From assembly GCA_963805945.1 (NCBI GenBank), contig CAWDVP010000002.1:96001-160000 (forward strand): 64,000 bases of DNA. The letters are read 5' to 3'. Below are positions 34,670 to 45,052 of this stretch, piece by piece. The notes under the pieces are model-generated. The model saw only the letters and a program-made list of their open reading frames with translations, was not told the origin of the DNA and searched no databases. Origin of the DNA: Vulcanimicrobiota bacterium (GTDB lineage Bacteria > Vulcanimicrobiota > Vulcanimicrobiia > Eremiobacterales > Eremiobacteraceae). The stretch's first letter is position 1, and every line of letters starts with the position of its first letter. Both the position numbers and the translations under genes were made by a program.

Positions 34670-35476
34670 ATGCCGAGCGGTCAACCCTCCGCACCGCCGC
34701 CCATCGACGCTGTGGCTCTTGCCACAGGCGTCGCGAAATTGCCCCGCTTCGGGAAGGTCCGCTATCTCGAAAGCGCCGAGTCAACCAATGCGAGCGCGCT
34801 CGCGCTCTTCGAGGACGACGCGGCGCGCGGTCTGTCGCTCGTAGCGGAGGTGCAGACCGCCGGTCATGGCCGCGCCGGCCGCGCGTGGCTTTCCCCGCCC
34901 GGCAGCGGCGTCCTCATCTCCACCATTTTGCCCGACGACTTGCCCCACGAGACGCTGCCTGCGCTCGGTTTCTGGACCGGCCTGTGCGCCGCCGACGCCG
35001 TCGCGCAGACGTGCAACGTCTGGCCCACCTTGAAATGGCCCAACGACCTCATGATCGGTCCGGCGAAGACGGCCGGCATCCTCGTCGAAGGACGCACCCT
35101 TGGCGCGTTCACGCGCGCCGTGACCGGCGTCGGCATCAACGTGAATCGACCCGTCAAGGCGGAGGCGGAGCTCGACGGCATCGCCGCCTGGCTGTCGGAC
35201 GCCGCAGGCGCGCCGGTCGACCGGACGACGCTCACGATCGCGCTCGTGCACGCATATGAGGAGCGTTACGATGATCTCTTGGCCCGGCCCGTCGAGGTGA
35301 TCCGCGAGTGGGCGCGGCGTTCTGCGGTCGCGGGCCGTCGCTTGCGCGTGCACAGCGCGAATGGGGCGCTATTGCATGAAGGCACGGCGCGCAGCATCGC
35401 GGATGACGGCGCGTTGCTCATGGACACGCAAGACGGACCGGTGACGGTCCGTCTTGGGGATGTATCCGCGTTGTAG
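34670..35476 (+). CDS. birA: Biotin--[acetyl-CoA carboxylase] ligase (no HTH)
   Basis: STN, QTAGHGRAGRAW, KWPND, KTAGILVE, GVGINV. Confidence 0.92.
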   Translation: MPSGQPSAPPPIDAVALATGVAKLPRFGKVRYLESAESTNASALALFEDDAARGLSLVAEVQTAGHGRAGRAWLSPPGSGVLISTILPDDLPHETLPALGFWTGLCAADAVAQTCNVWPTLKWPNDLMIGPAKTAGILVEGRTLGAFTRAVTGVGINVNRPVKAEAELDGIAAWLSDAAGAPVDRTTLTIALVHAYEERYDDLLARPVEVIREWARRSAVAGRRLRVHSANGALLHEGTARSIADDGALLMDTQDGPVTVRLGDVSAL

Positions 35477-35491
35477 CCTGTTGCTCGTCAG

Positions 35492-36520
35492 TTAGTGGAG
35501 AGCGACACCGCCGACGCAATTCGACGCGGTGATGTTCGCGTCGACGTACGCCGCCGTTGGCGCAAGCGTCGCGCTGAAGGCCTGCGAGGCGATCGGATAC
35601 ACGTAGATGTGCGCTGTTCCCGCGCCGCCGCAATCGGCGTCGAAGATGTTGCCGGCGGTGTCGAACGCGAACTGTTCAGGGAACCAGCCGGTGGTCATGC
35701 CGGTGGAGTTGTATACGTTGGGAACCGCCGCAGCGGCGAGATTGGTGCTCAGATACTGCGCGATGCCGCCGTTCGGAGACGCGAGCGTGCTCCCCGCGTA
35801 CAGGTTGCCTGAACGGTCAAAACCGATCGCCTCCGCCTGGGCCGGACCGTTGAGGACATGGTCGAGCGCCGTCGCATTGGTGAAGCCCGTCCCCTTGAGG
35901 AACACGCCCACCGAATTGGTGCCTGAGTTGCCCTCGCAGCCTACATACAGGTTCCCGGCGGTGTCCCAGCCGAGACCCTCGGGGCGTGCACATATGCCCG
36001 AGGCGATCGTCACTGCCGGCACCAGCGTGGTCGTCGCGGTGAAGGGTCCGGTGAACTCGTACACGGTGTTCGTATTGGTGGAGGACACCCACAGGTCACC
36101 GGCTGAGTCGAAGTTCATGTTGAACGGATTGACCGAGGCCGCGGGCAGCGACAGGGTGAAGAGCGGCGTGCTCGTCGCCGACAATGGTAGCGAGTACACC
36201 GGAATCGTGCTCGTGGCCGGCGAGTTGTCATTCAACACGAAAAGCCGGCCGGAGCCGTCGACCAGCAGCGCGCTTGGATCGACCAGTCCGTTGGCGGCGG
36301 AGTTGTTGAGCGTCAACGCGGGCGTCGAAGTGTTCGTGAGCGGGTAAGCGACCACGCCGATGCCCGCGGCCCCGACGGTGCTGCTGAACGTCGAATAGTA
36401 GACGAAGCTCGGCGCCGGCGGAGGGGTGGGCGACGGCGAGGTGGATTTCGTGCTGCAGCCTGCGATCGCCGGAAGCGAGGCAAGCGCGAGCGCGAGAAAC
36501 GTCATGCGGACCGAAGTCAT
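35492..36520 (-). CDS. Lipoprotein with NHL-like beta-propeller repeats
   Basis: AAGGAG RBS; lipobox IAGC; Pro linker; repeated FDxxGNLYV. Confidence 0.8.
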   Translation of the reverse strand: MTSVRMTFLALALASLPAIAGCSTKSTSPSPTPPPAPSFVYYSTFSSTVGAAGIGVVAYPLTNTSTPALTLNNSAANGLVDPSALLVDGSGRLFVLNDNSPATSTIPVYSLPLSATSTPLFTLSLPAASVNPFNMNFDSAGDLWVSSTNTNTVYEFTGPFTATTTLVPAVTIASGICARPEGLGWDTAGNLYVGCEGNSGTNSVGVFLKGTGFTNATALDHVLNGPAQAEAIGFDRSGNLYAGSTLASPNGGIAQYLSTNLAAAAVPNVYNSTGMTTGWFPEQFAFDTAGNIFDADCGGAGTAHIYVYPIASQAFSATLAPTAAYVDANITASNCVGGVALH

Positions 36521-36564
36521 TCGATGCTCCTTACCTTGGTGTGGGTCAGCGAGGGGGGTCGGAT

Positions 36565-36596
36565 GCAAAGACGGACCGGCGACGATCCGTCTTTGC
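36565..36596. terminator. Intergenic stem-loop between tandem lipoprotein genes
   Basis: GCAAAGACGGA ... TCCGTCTTTGC perfect 11-bp stem. Confidence 0.5.
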
Positions 36597-36615
36597 GTTG
36601 TCGCGGTGTTGTGGG

Positions 36616-37519
36616 TTATGGCCCGAAGCGTATGCCGTTCGCGTTGACGTTAGGAATTAAAAACGCGGCCGTGCTCGCAGCCGACAGCGGTGCCATGTAG
36701 ACGCTGGTGCCGACGCCAGCGCCACCTGACGAGACGTACAGATTTCCGGCTGCATCTAGGGCCGGGTATTCGGCGCCTGCCGAAGGGATCGTCAGCGCTG
36801 GCGTGCTCGTGTTGGTGAACGGCGGCGTGAACTTCTGGACGTTCGCCCCATTGCCCACCCACAGGTTGCCGCTCGAATCCACAGCGATACCAAATGCGCC
36901 GACGTCGGGGACCTTCACCGCCGGCGCGCTCGTGTTCGTGAATGGCGGGTTGTAGATCGCGACGTAGTTGTTGGCATTGTCGGCGACGTAGAGGTTGCCG
37001 CCCGCGATCTTCACACCTGCGGGACTGGAAAGCCCAGTGACAATCGTGACGGCGACGGTGCTTGCAGCGCTCAAAGGCGCGTTGAAGATCTGCACGGATG
37101 GCACCGACCTGTTCGCGAGGTACAGGTTCCCGGTCGAGTCGACATCAACACCTTCGTTCCCTCCGGCGTCCGCGAAGGAGAACGTGGCCGTGCTCGTGTT
37201 GGTGAACGGGGGTGTGAAGACGTCGATCTTGCTCTGGTTGAAATTGCTGGCGTAGAGCTTGCCGCTCGAATCGAAGGCGATATCGGCGACGTCGGTCGAC
37301 GTGCCGTCTTGGAACGCCACGGCGGGTACCGACGCGGCCGAGAACGGCGGCGCAAAGATCTGCACCACGCCGGATCCGCCGTCGTTCGCCACGTAAAGGC
37401 GGACCATGGGGGAATGGCGTCGGCGTAGGCGTCGGAGTAGTCGTCGACGAGCTGCAGCCCGCGACTACTGGAAGCGATGCGAGCGCAAGTGCGAGAAACA
37501 GTTTGCGGACCGAAATCAT
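36616..37519 (-). CDS. Lipoprotein with NHL-like repeats, paralog (frameshift in G run 37408-37412)
   Basis: MISVRKLFLALALASLPVVAGC signal in one frame, propeller (PPFTNTST repeats, DSSGNL) in the next. Confidence 0.78.
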
Positions 37520-37705
37520 ACGATGCTCCTTATCGACTGTTGACCAGCGCCGGCGATGATGCCGCTTGCGTGCGGCGCATTGAGAAAACCGGACAAGCAA
37601 GCGCGACGACCTGTTGATATTCCATCGGCTCGATCGCCCTCGGGGACCAGTGCCGGTGACGGGGCTCACGGGCAACGGGGCGCCTGCTCGGCCGCCGGTG
37701 GCCGT

Positions 37706-38567
37706 CTACAGCTGCGTGGCGAACGCTTGCTCCGCGTGGTAGGAAGACCGGACCAGCGGCCCCGACACGACCTGGTGGTAGCCCATCGGCTTTATCCGCT
37801 CGGCGAACCAGCGGAACTTCTCGGGCGTCACGAATTCCACTCACCGCGAGATGCCGCTTCGTCGGCTGCAGATATTGCCCTAGAGTCAAGATGTCCGCAC
37901 CCACGGCGCGCAGGTCGCGGGCAGCCTGGAGCACGTCCTCGTCGGTTTCGCCAAGACCGAGCATGATGCCCGACTTGGTGAACATGTCGGGGCGCATCGC
38001 CTTCGCCTCGCGCAGCACGCCGAGGGACTGGTCGTAACCGCAACGGCGATCGCGCACGTGCGGAGTGAGCACGCGCGTCGTCTCGATGTTGTGCGCGAAG
38101 ACATCCGGCGTGGCGTCGATCACCTTCGCGAGCGCCGCGACGTCGCCGCGATAGTCGGAGGTGAGCACTTCGACCTTGACGTGCGGCGTGCGATGGCGGA
38201 TCGCGCGGATCGCGTCTGCCATCTGCTGCGCACCGCCGTCCGGCAGATCGTCGCGGTCGACGCACGTGATCACCGCATAGTTGAGGCGCAGGTCCTCGAT
38301 GGATTTCGCGAGCTTCATCGACTCGAGCGGATCGAGCTCGTAGGGCTTGCCCGTCTTCACGTTGCAGAAGCGGCAGCCGCGCGTGCAGGTGTCGCCCAAG
38401 ATCATGAACGTCGCGGTGCCGACGCCCCAGCACTCGGCGATGTTCGGGCACATCGCCTCTTGGCAGACGGTGTGCAGACCGCGGTCCTTGACGATGCCGC
38501 GCAGCTTCACGTAGTTGTCGCCGGCGGGAAGTTCGACTTTGAGCCACTCGGGCTTTCGCGCGATCAC
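37706..38567 (-). CDS. lipA: Lipoyl synthase (frameshift near 37841)
   Basis: [32 protein letters not shown]-terminal [10 protein letters not shown] in shifted frame. Confidence 0.94.
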
Positions 38568-39268
38568 TAGACCACTTCGCGACGGTCGAATGAATTCGAC
38601 CGCTCCAGAGGTTCGTCGAGCGGCGCGTCGGTGAGGTCGAGTTCGAATACGTCTGCCATAGCCGTGCGAACGGGAGCTTTCGCGTCGTCGACGCTCACTT
38701 CCCCGCCCGTCTGCGCGCTGATCGAGGTGACCGCCACGTCCGGCATGCCGCACGGGTTGATAAGCCGGAAGTAGTCGAGATCGGTGCACACGTCGAGCGC
38801 GAGGCCGTGATACGTGACGCCACGCTTCACCGCGGCGCCGATGGACGCGATCTTCGCGCCGCCTACGAACACGCCCGCGTGGTCGGGGCGCTGCTCGCCT
38901 GCGATGCCGAACGTCTCGAGCGCGTCCACGATGGCGCGCTCCATCTTGCGCACGAAGTTCTGCACTTCGCGCAGGCGCGGCAGTTTGAAGATCGGATACA
39001 CGACGAGCTGACCTGGTCCGTGGTAGGTCAGGTCGCCGCCGCGCTCGACGTCGAAGTAATGCACGCCGCGCCGGTCCAGCTCATCCTGGGAGACGAGCAG
39101 GTTCTGGCCCTTGCCCGACTTGCCCATGGTGAGCACCGGCGGATGTTCGCAGAACAGCAGCGTGTCCGGCCGCTCGTCGGCGATGCGCTCGGCGAGCAGG
39201 CGCAGCTGGAGGTCCCACGCTTCTTTATAATCGATGCGCCCGAGGTCTGCGAAAATCGCCTGCGTCAT
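38567..39268 (-). CDS. lipB: Octanoyltransferase
   Basis: EHPPVLTMG, RGGDLTYHGPGQLVVYP, KIASIG, INPCG. Confidence 0.95.
   Translation of the reverse strand: MTQAIFADLGRIDYKEAWDLQLRLLAERIADERPDTLLFCEHPPVLTMGKSGKGQNLLVSQDELDRRGVHYFDVERGGDLTYHGPGQLVVYPIFKLPRLREVQNFVRKMERAIVDALETFGIAGEQRPDHAGVFVGGAKIASIGAAVKRGVTYHGLALDVCTDLDYFRLINPCGMPDVAVTSISAQTGGEVSVDDAKAPVRTAMADVFELDLTDAPLDEPLERSNSFDRREVV
38582..38607 (-). repeat. REP-like palindrome, family B, inside lipB 3' end
   Basis: TGGAG-CGGTCGAAT-TC-ATTCGACCG-T. Confidence 0.7.
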
Positions 39269-39298
39269 GAACGGTGAGCCGACTGATCGCCGAGGGAA

Positions 39299-40714
39299 TC
39301 AGGCCTTGACCGGCGCATTGGCGATATGGATCGCCTTGCCGTGCAGCGCTTCGGCGGCTTCCATGATCGGTTCTGAGAACGTCGGGTGCGGGTGCATGGT
39401 GAGGCCGATGTCCTCCACCGTCGCTCCCATCTCGATCGCCAGCGCACCTTCGGCGATCATCGCCTCCGCCATCGGCGAGAAGATGGCCATGCCGAGCACG
39501 AGGTCGGTCTTCTTGTCTGCGATGATCTTGACGAGACCGTCGCTCAGGCCCACCGTGCGCGCGCGTCCGAGCGCCGCTAAACGGAACTTGCCCACCGAGA
39601 TCTCATAACCGGCCGCCTTGGCCTGTTCTTCGGACAGGCCTACGGTGGCGACTTGCGGGTCGGTGTAGACGCAGTTGGGCACCGCCATCGGATCGTAGGC
39701 CGACGGCAACCCCGCGATGACCTCGGCGGCTGCGATGCCTTCCTTCATGGCCTTGTGCGCGAGCAGCGGTGCGCCGCTGCAATCGCCGATGGCGTAGACG
39801 TTCGGCACGTTCGTCTGCCGCTTCTCGTTCACGGGGATGAAGCCGCGTTCCATGGTCACGCCGATGCCCTCGAGCCCGAGCTTGGCGGTGCGCGCGCGTC
39901 GCCCGACCGCGACGAGCACCTTGTCGAAATCCATCGGTTCGGCGATCTCGCCGTCGAAGGTCACACGCACGCGTTTGCCGATCTCGGCGACCTTGACCGC
40001 TTTGGTCTTGAGGAAGATGTCGATGCCCTGCTTCTGCTTGAGCGTGCGCACCAGCAGATTCGAGATCTCAAGATCGGTGTCGGCGAGCGCGTGGTCGGCC
40101 ATCTCGACGACCGTCACCTCGGCGCCTAGGCGCTTGTAGATCGTCGCGAACTCGAGGCCGATGACGCCTGCGCCTAGGATCAGGATCGTCTTGGGCAGCT
40201 CGTGCAGCGCGACCGCGTCGTCGGAGTTGATGATCGTCGTGCTGTTGCGCTCGATGTCGGGCAGCGCGACGGGCTCCGAGCCGGTGGCGATGATGAGGTT
40301 GTCGGCGTTGATCTGCTCGGCGCGGCCATCAGACTTCTTCACGCGCACGGAGTTCTTGTCGCCGATCTCCACGTCGCCCGTGATGTACTCGACCTTGTTC
40401 ACCTTGAACAGGGTGGCGATGCCGTTGACCAGGTCGTCGATCATCTTCGACTTCCACTTGTTGAGCTGGTCGAGGTGGATGCGCGGCGCGCCGCCGAAAT
40501 CGATGCCCATCGCCTTGACGTCGTTCGCCGCGGCGATGATCTCGCCGACGTGCAGCAACGCCTTGCTCGGCATGCATCCCCAATTGAGGCAGACGCCGCC
40601 GAGCCGCTCGCGATCGATGCACAGGACGCTCTTGCCCAGCTGTGCGAGGCGGATCGCCGCGGTGTAACCGCCAGGCCCGCCGCCGATGACGATCGCGTCG
40701 TATTTGGTGGGCAC
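39299..40714 (-). CDS. lpdA: Dihydrolipoyl dehydrogenase (E3)
   Basis: GGGPGGY, GGVCLNWGCMPSK, HPHPTFSE. Confidence 0.95.
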   Translation of the reverse strand: MPTKYDAIVIGGGPGGYTAAIRLAQLGKSVLCIDRERLGGVCLNWGCMPSKALLHVGEIIAAANDVKAMGIDFGGAPRIHLDQLNKWKSKMIDDLVNGIATLFKVNKVEYITGDVEIGDKNSVRVKKSDGRAEQINADNLIIATGSEPVALPDIERNSTTIINSDDAVALHELPKTILILGAGVIGLEFATIYKRLGAEVTVVEMADHALADTDLEISNLLVRTLKQKQGIDIFLKTKAVKVAEIGKRVRVTFDGEIAEPMDFDKVLVAVGRRARTAKLGLEGIGVTMERGFIPVNEKRQTNVPNVYAIGDCSGAPLLAHKAMKEGIAAAEVIAGLPSAYDPMAVPNCVYTDPQVATVGLSEEQAKAAGYEISVGKFRLAALGRARTVGLSDGLVKIIADKKTDLVLGMAIFSPMAEAMIAEGALAIEMGATVEDIGLTMHPHPTFSEPIMEAAEALHGKAIHIANAPVKA

Positions 40715-40715
40715 G

Positions 40716-42035
40716 CTAGCCGCCTTCCATGAGCATCACGTCGGGCGCTTGCAGCGCCGCCGCGACGTCTTTGACGAATTCCGCTGCGGTCGCGCCGTCC
40801 ACGACGCGGTGATCGAAGGAGATCGACAGGTAGGTCATCTGTCGGATCACGACGGCGCCGTCGCGCGCTACCGGGCGCGGCTGGATCGAGTGCGTGCCGA
40901 GGATGCCGACCTCCGGCCAGTTGATCACCGGGAAGGTGAACAAGCCGCCCACCGAGCCGACGTTGGTGATCGTGAACGTGCCGCCGCTGATCTCGTCGTG
41001 GGAGAGCTTGCCGGCGCGCGCCTTCTCCGCGAGCTCCGCGATCTCGATCGCGAGGTCGAAGATGGACTTGCGGTCGGCATGATGGATGACGGGTACGACC
41101 AGCCCGGCCTCGGTGTTCGCCGCGATGCCGACGTTGCAGTCCTTCTTGAGGACGATCTCGTGCTTGTCGTCGTCGAGCGAGGCGTTCATGAAGGGGTGGC
41201 GTTTGAGCGCCGCGCACGCCGCCTTGACGAAGAACGGCAGGTAGGTGAGCTTGATACCGCGCTCGGCGGCGGCTTCCTTGGCGCGCGCGCGCATGGCGAC
41301 GAGTTCGGTGACGTCGGCCTCGTCCACGTGCAGCGTGTGCGCCGCCGTCTGCTTGCTGTGCGCCATGTGCTCGGCGATGACGCGGCGCAGGCCGCGCAGC
41401 GGCACGCGCTCGGTGCCGCCCGAAGGCGCGTCGATCTGACGGCTGGCCGGACGCGCGGGCGCCGGCCGTTCGCCGGTCGCGCTCGCGACGCGCTCGATGT
41501 CTTCACGCCGGATCCGCCCGCCTTCGCCTGACCCGCGCACGGAACCGAGGTCGACGCCTTTTTCGCGCGCGAACTTGCGCACCGCGGGTGCGGCCATCGG
41601 CTTGCCGCCCGGGCCGAGAATGGCGGCTTCCGCCGACGCCAGCGCGCCGGGTTGGCCGTTGCCCGCCTTAGACTGCGTCGGTTTTGGGCCGACCTGAAAG
41701 TCGTCCCCTACAAGGCCGGCCGCTGCATCTGCCGACGCCGCGGGTTTTACCGCTGCGGTGAGCTTCACCGTGGGCGCGTGGTCATCGAGGGACTCGCCCT
41801 CTTTGCCGAAGATCGCGATCGGCTTGCCGATCGGCACGACCTCGCCTTCCTTGGCGACCTGCTTGAGCAGGATGCCCTCGTACGGCGACGGCACTTCGAC
41901 CGTGACCTTATCGGTCATGACCTCGACGAGCAGCTGGTCGAGCTTCACGTGTTCGCCCTCTTTGACCAACCACTTGACGATTTCGCCTTCGATGACCGAT
42001 TCGGCCAGTTCCGGCATCTCCAGTTCGACCGGCAT
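40716..42035 (-). CDS. Dihydrolipoamide acyltransferase (E2)
   Basis: Lipoyl domain EVMTDKV, E3-binding GSGEGGRI, DHRVVDG. Confidence 0.94.
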   Translation of the reverse strand: MPVELEMPELAESVIEGEIVKWLVKEGEHVKLDQLLVEVMTDKVTVEVPSPYEGILLKQVAKEGEVVPIGKPIAIFGKEGESLDDHAPTVKLTAAVKPAASADAAAGLVGDDFQVGPKPTQSKAGNGQPGALASAEAAILGPGGKPMAAPAVRKFAREKGVDLGSVRGSGEGGRIRREDIERVASATGERPAPARPASRQIDAPSGGTERVPLRGLRRVIAEHMAHSKQTAAHTLHVDEADVTELVAMRARAKEAAAERGIKLTYLPFFVKAACAALKRHPFMNASLDDDKHEIVLKKDCNVGIAANTEAGLVVPVIHHADRKSIFDLAIEIAELAEKARAGKLSHDEISGGTFTITNVGSVGGLFTFPVINWPEVGILGTHSIQPRPVARDGAVVIRQMTYLSISFDHRVVDGATAAEFVKDVAAALQAPDVMLMEGG

Positions 42036-42070
42036 CTCACGTTCCTCCCCGAGCTGCGCTCGGGCACCAT

Positions 42071-42096
42071 GAGCCGAACTGAAGTTCGGCCCCTAC
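42071..42096 (-). repeat. REP-like palindrome, family A
   Basis: GTAG-GGGCCGAACT-TC-AGTTCGGCTC. Confidence 0.75.
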
Positions 42097-42102
42097 AGAG
42101 AT

Positions 42103-43101
42103 CTAGAAGTTGAGCGTCTTCTTCACGGCGCGGATGACCCGCTCCGCATTCGGCATGTACGCCTTTTCGAGCGCGTACGGGAAGGGCGTATCCCAGCCCG
42201 TCACCCGCACGACCGGCCCTTCCAAGTATTCGAGCGCGTTCTCAGCGAGGAACGCGGCGATCTCACCCATGTAGCCGCCGATGCGCGGCGCCTCTTGTAC
42301 GAGCACCGCATGGCCCGTCTTGCTGACCGATGAGAGGATCGCCTCGGTGTCGTACGGCTGGAGCGTGCGCAGGTCGAGCACCTCGACGTCGACGCCTTCT
42401 TTTTCGAGCGCGGCGGCGGCTTCGAGCGCGGTCGGGATCATCGCGCCGTAGCCGATGACGGTGACGTGCTTGCCCGCGCGCGTGACGGCGGCCTTGCCGA
42501 GCGGCACCTCATACGGCCCTTCGGGCAGTTCCGTCTTCACCGCGCGATAGATCTTCTTCGGTTCCATGAACATGACGGGGTCGTTATCGCGGATGGACGC
42601 GATGAGCAGGCCCTTCGCGTCGTACGGATTGCTCGGCACGACGACCTTGATGCCCGGCGTGCTCACGTAGTAGGCCTCGGGGGACTGCGAGTGATAGTTG
42701 CCGCCGCGCACGCCGCCGCCGTAGGGCGAGCGCACCACCATCGGCACGCCGAACTGGCCGGCCGAACGATAGCGCATCTTCGCCGCTTCGGACACGAGCA
42801 TGTCGAAGCCGGGATAGAGGAAATCGATGAACTGGATCTCGGCGATCGGGCGCAGACCGTAGATCGCCATGCCGACCGCGGCGCCGATGATGCCCAACTC
42901 CGCCAGCGGCGTGTCGATGACGCGATCCTTGCCGAACATGTCGATGAGGCCTTCGGTCACCAGGAACACGCCGCCGCGCGGACCGATGTCCTCGCCCAGC
43001 GTCACGACGTTCTCGTCGCGCGTCATCTCGTCGATGAGCGCAGAGCGGAGCGCCTGCACCATCGTGTAGGTCTGCTTCTTCGCCACTTCCACCGTTGCCA
43101 T
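42103..43101 (-). CDS. 2-oxoacid dehydrogenase E1 beta (branched-chain type likely)
   Basis: GEDIG..GGVF, DTPLAE, EIQF, HSQSPEA. Confidence 0.93.
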   Translation of the reverse strand: MATVEVAKKQTYTMVQALRSALIDEMTRDENVVTLGEDIGPRGGVFLVTEGLIDMFGKDRVIDTPLAELGIIGAAVGMAIYGLRPIAEIQFIDFLYPGFDMLVSEAAKMRYRSAGQFGVPMVVRSPYGGGVRGGNYHSQSPEAYYVSTPGIKVVVPSNPYDAKGLLIASIRDNDPVMFMEPKKIYRAVKTELPEGPYEVPLGKAAVTRAGKHVTVIGYGAMIPTALEAAAALEKEGVDVEVLDLRTLQPYDTEAILSSVSKTGHAVLVQEAPRIGGYMGEIAAFLAENALEYLEGPVVRVTGWDTPFPYALEKAYMPNAERVIRAVKKTLNF

Positions 43102-43112
43102 ATCCAGCGCTC

Positions 43113-44213
43113 CTATGACACGCCGAGCTCGGCGGCCAGCTCTTTGCGCTCGGCCTCGAGGTGCGGGGTCAATTTCTCATACGTGTAGTCGAACACGGTA
43201 AGCGGATCCGGCACGGGGCTGGCTTCGGCTTCCGCCAGCGCGGCCGCGAGCTCCGCCTTGATCTCGTCCTGCAAGCGCTGCTCTTTCACGTCGTCCCACA
43301 GCTTCTTGCCGACGAGGAAGTTCTTGAAGCGCGTGATGGGGTCGCGCTGCGTGCGCCACATCTCGAGCTCGCCCTTCGGGCGGTAGCGCGAGTCGTCGTC
43401 CGCGGAGGAATGAGGGCCGTAGCGATAGGTGTACGACTCGATGAGGCTAGGGCCGCCGCCGGCGCGCGCCTTGTCGGCGCACAGTTTGGTGACGGCGTAC
43501 ACCGCGAGCACGTCGTTGCCGTCGACGAGATAGCCGTCCATGCCGTACGCCTTGGCCTTCTCGGCGATGGTCTTGGTGTGCGTCTGCTCCTCGAGCTTGA
43601 CCGAGATCGCGTATTGGTTGTTCTGGCAGAAGAATATGATCGGCGAGGTGTAGACGGCGGCGAAGTTGAGCCCGACGTGGAAGTCGCCCTCGCTCGTCGC
43701 GCCGTCGCCGAAGTAGCAGATGGTGACGTCTTTCTTCTTCTTGATATGCATCGCCATGGCGGTGCCGGTCGCCTCGCTGATCTGGTTGCCGACCGTGGAG
43801 GAGCCGGGCACGATGTGGAGGTCGTTGCGGCCGCTGCCGTGGGGCATCATGCGGCCCTGCGTGGGATCGAGCATGCGGCCGAGCACGTGGGCGAACCACT
43901 CCGCCGGGCGCAGTCCCTTCACGAGCATGCTGCCCTGCGAGCGGTGGTCGCCGAAGAGCCAGTCGTCTTTGGTGAGCGGCAGCGCGCTGCCGATCTGCGA
44001 GGCCTCTTGACCCGCGGTCTGCGCGTAGAAGCCGGCGCGCCCTTGGCGCACGAGGATATAGCCGCGGTCGTCGACCGCGCGGTTGAGCACCATCCAACGG
44101 TACATGACGAGCAGCTGCTCGTTCGTCAGATCGAGCGATGCGAGATCGCCCACCGGCCGCCCATCGTACTCCAAAAAGCGGATAGGCTTGTCCGTGAAGG
44201 GCTTGATGTCCAT
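43113..44213 (-). CDS. 2-oxoacid dehydrogenase E1 alpha (branched-chain type likely)
   Basis: GDGATSEGD...NNQYAIS TPP motif; [19 protein letters not shown] 44213 after GGAGG. Confidence 0.93.
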   Translation of the reverse strand: MDIKPFTDKPIRFLEYDGRPVGDLASLDLTNEQLLVMYRWMVLNRAVDDRGYILVRQGRAGFYAQTAGQEASQIGSALPLTKDDWLFGDHRSQGSMLVKGLRPAEWFAHVLGRMLDPTQGRMMPHGSGRNDLHIVPGSSTVGNQISEATGTAMAMHIKKKKDVTICYFGDGATSEGDFHVGLNFAAVYTSPIIFFCQNNQYAISVKLEEQTHTKTIAEKAKAYGMDGYLVDGNDVLAVYAVTKLCADKARAGGGPSLIESYTYRYGPHSSADDDSRYRPKGELEMWRTQRDPITRFKNFLVGKKLWDDVKEQRLQDEIKAELAAALAEAEASPVPDPLTVFDYTYEKLTPHLEAERKELAAELGVS

Positions 44214-44388
44214 GAAAAAGGGCCTCCGAAGTGCTATTACGTCGAATTCCGCCTTCTTTGGATATCGGCCATTCCCTCCGCCATTCGGAAGTCCGGCAGG
44301 CAGAGGTCGGGTGGGTGCGGGCGGCATATCCCTCTGCTGAATTATTGTTTTCGCTGCGTGGGAGTATAGGCATCCCAGGAGGTCAGAT

Positions 44389-45039
44389 ATCAAGCTCGCG
44401 CCGTTCAACTTCACCAAGATCGCCCTCGGCCTGTATCGCAACACGATGAGCCAGCCGCTCGGCGCCGGCGTGCAGGGCGACCTGCTCGCGCAGCTGCACC
44501 GCGAGTATCCCTCGCTCACGCAGATCCCCAACGGCGTGCTGTTCGCCGATTCTGCGAAGGGCCGCTCGCTCGTCGTCGACCAGACACGCATCGAAGCGTC
44601 GGAGAACAGCCCGCACGTCCCTGTGTCGGCGGTGGATCAGATGGGGAGCGATCTGCGCAAGGCGGTGCCGATCATCGATCAAGGTCCGCCGTATCGGCTG
44701 CGGGTCGAAGGCACGGGCACCATCCAGGCGCTCGAAGGCGTGGATCCAGCTGCGGTGCTGCGCGCCTACGCGCCGCCCGACCCGGCGTGGAACGCCATCG
44801 GCGGCACGTGCACGCACAGCTGCGTGCGCTACCTCTTCACCACGGACGCGGGCCTACAGCGCGACGTGCACGTCGAGCCGCTCTTCGCGGTGCACGACAA
44901 GTTCTACGTGATGGTCGTCTCGATGGACGCGGGCCAAGGCGTGGAGTCGCTCGACGACGCGTTGCTGCGCGCGCAGCAGGAAGTCGCCATCATCGAGCGC
45001 CTGAGCGACCGCATCGTCTCCGATCTCGTCGCGCGCTGA
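44389..45039 (+). CDS. Hypothetical protein
   Basis: Host-like codon usage; AGGAGG 6 nt before in-frame ATC 44389; first ATG at 44446. Confidence 0.7.
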   Translation: MKLAPFNFTKIALGLYRNTMSQPLGAGVQGDLLAQLHREYPSLTQIPNGVLFADSAKGRSLVVDQTRIEASENSPHVPVSAVDQMGSDLRKAVPIIDQGPPYRLRVEGTGTIQALEGVDPAAVLRAYAPPDPAWNAIGGTCTHSCVRYLFTTDAGLQRDVHVEPLFAVHDKFYVMVVSMDAGQGVESLDDALLRAQQEVAIIERLSDRIVSDLVAR

Positions 45040-45052
45040 CACCCGCGCACGA

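Noticed and set aside
36780..37215. Repeated GTGCTCGTGTTGGTGAACGG units as a CRISPR array
   Set aside because: They are coding repeats (PPFTNTST) of a propeller protein with long spacing and no cas genes
44214..44591. Long N-terminal extension of E1 alpha
   Set aside because: Overlaps the divergent gene; GGAGG precedes ATG 44213
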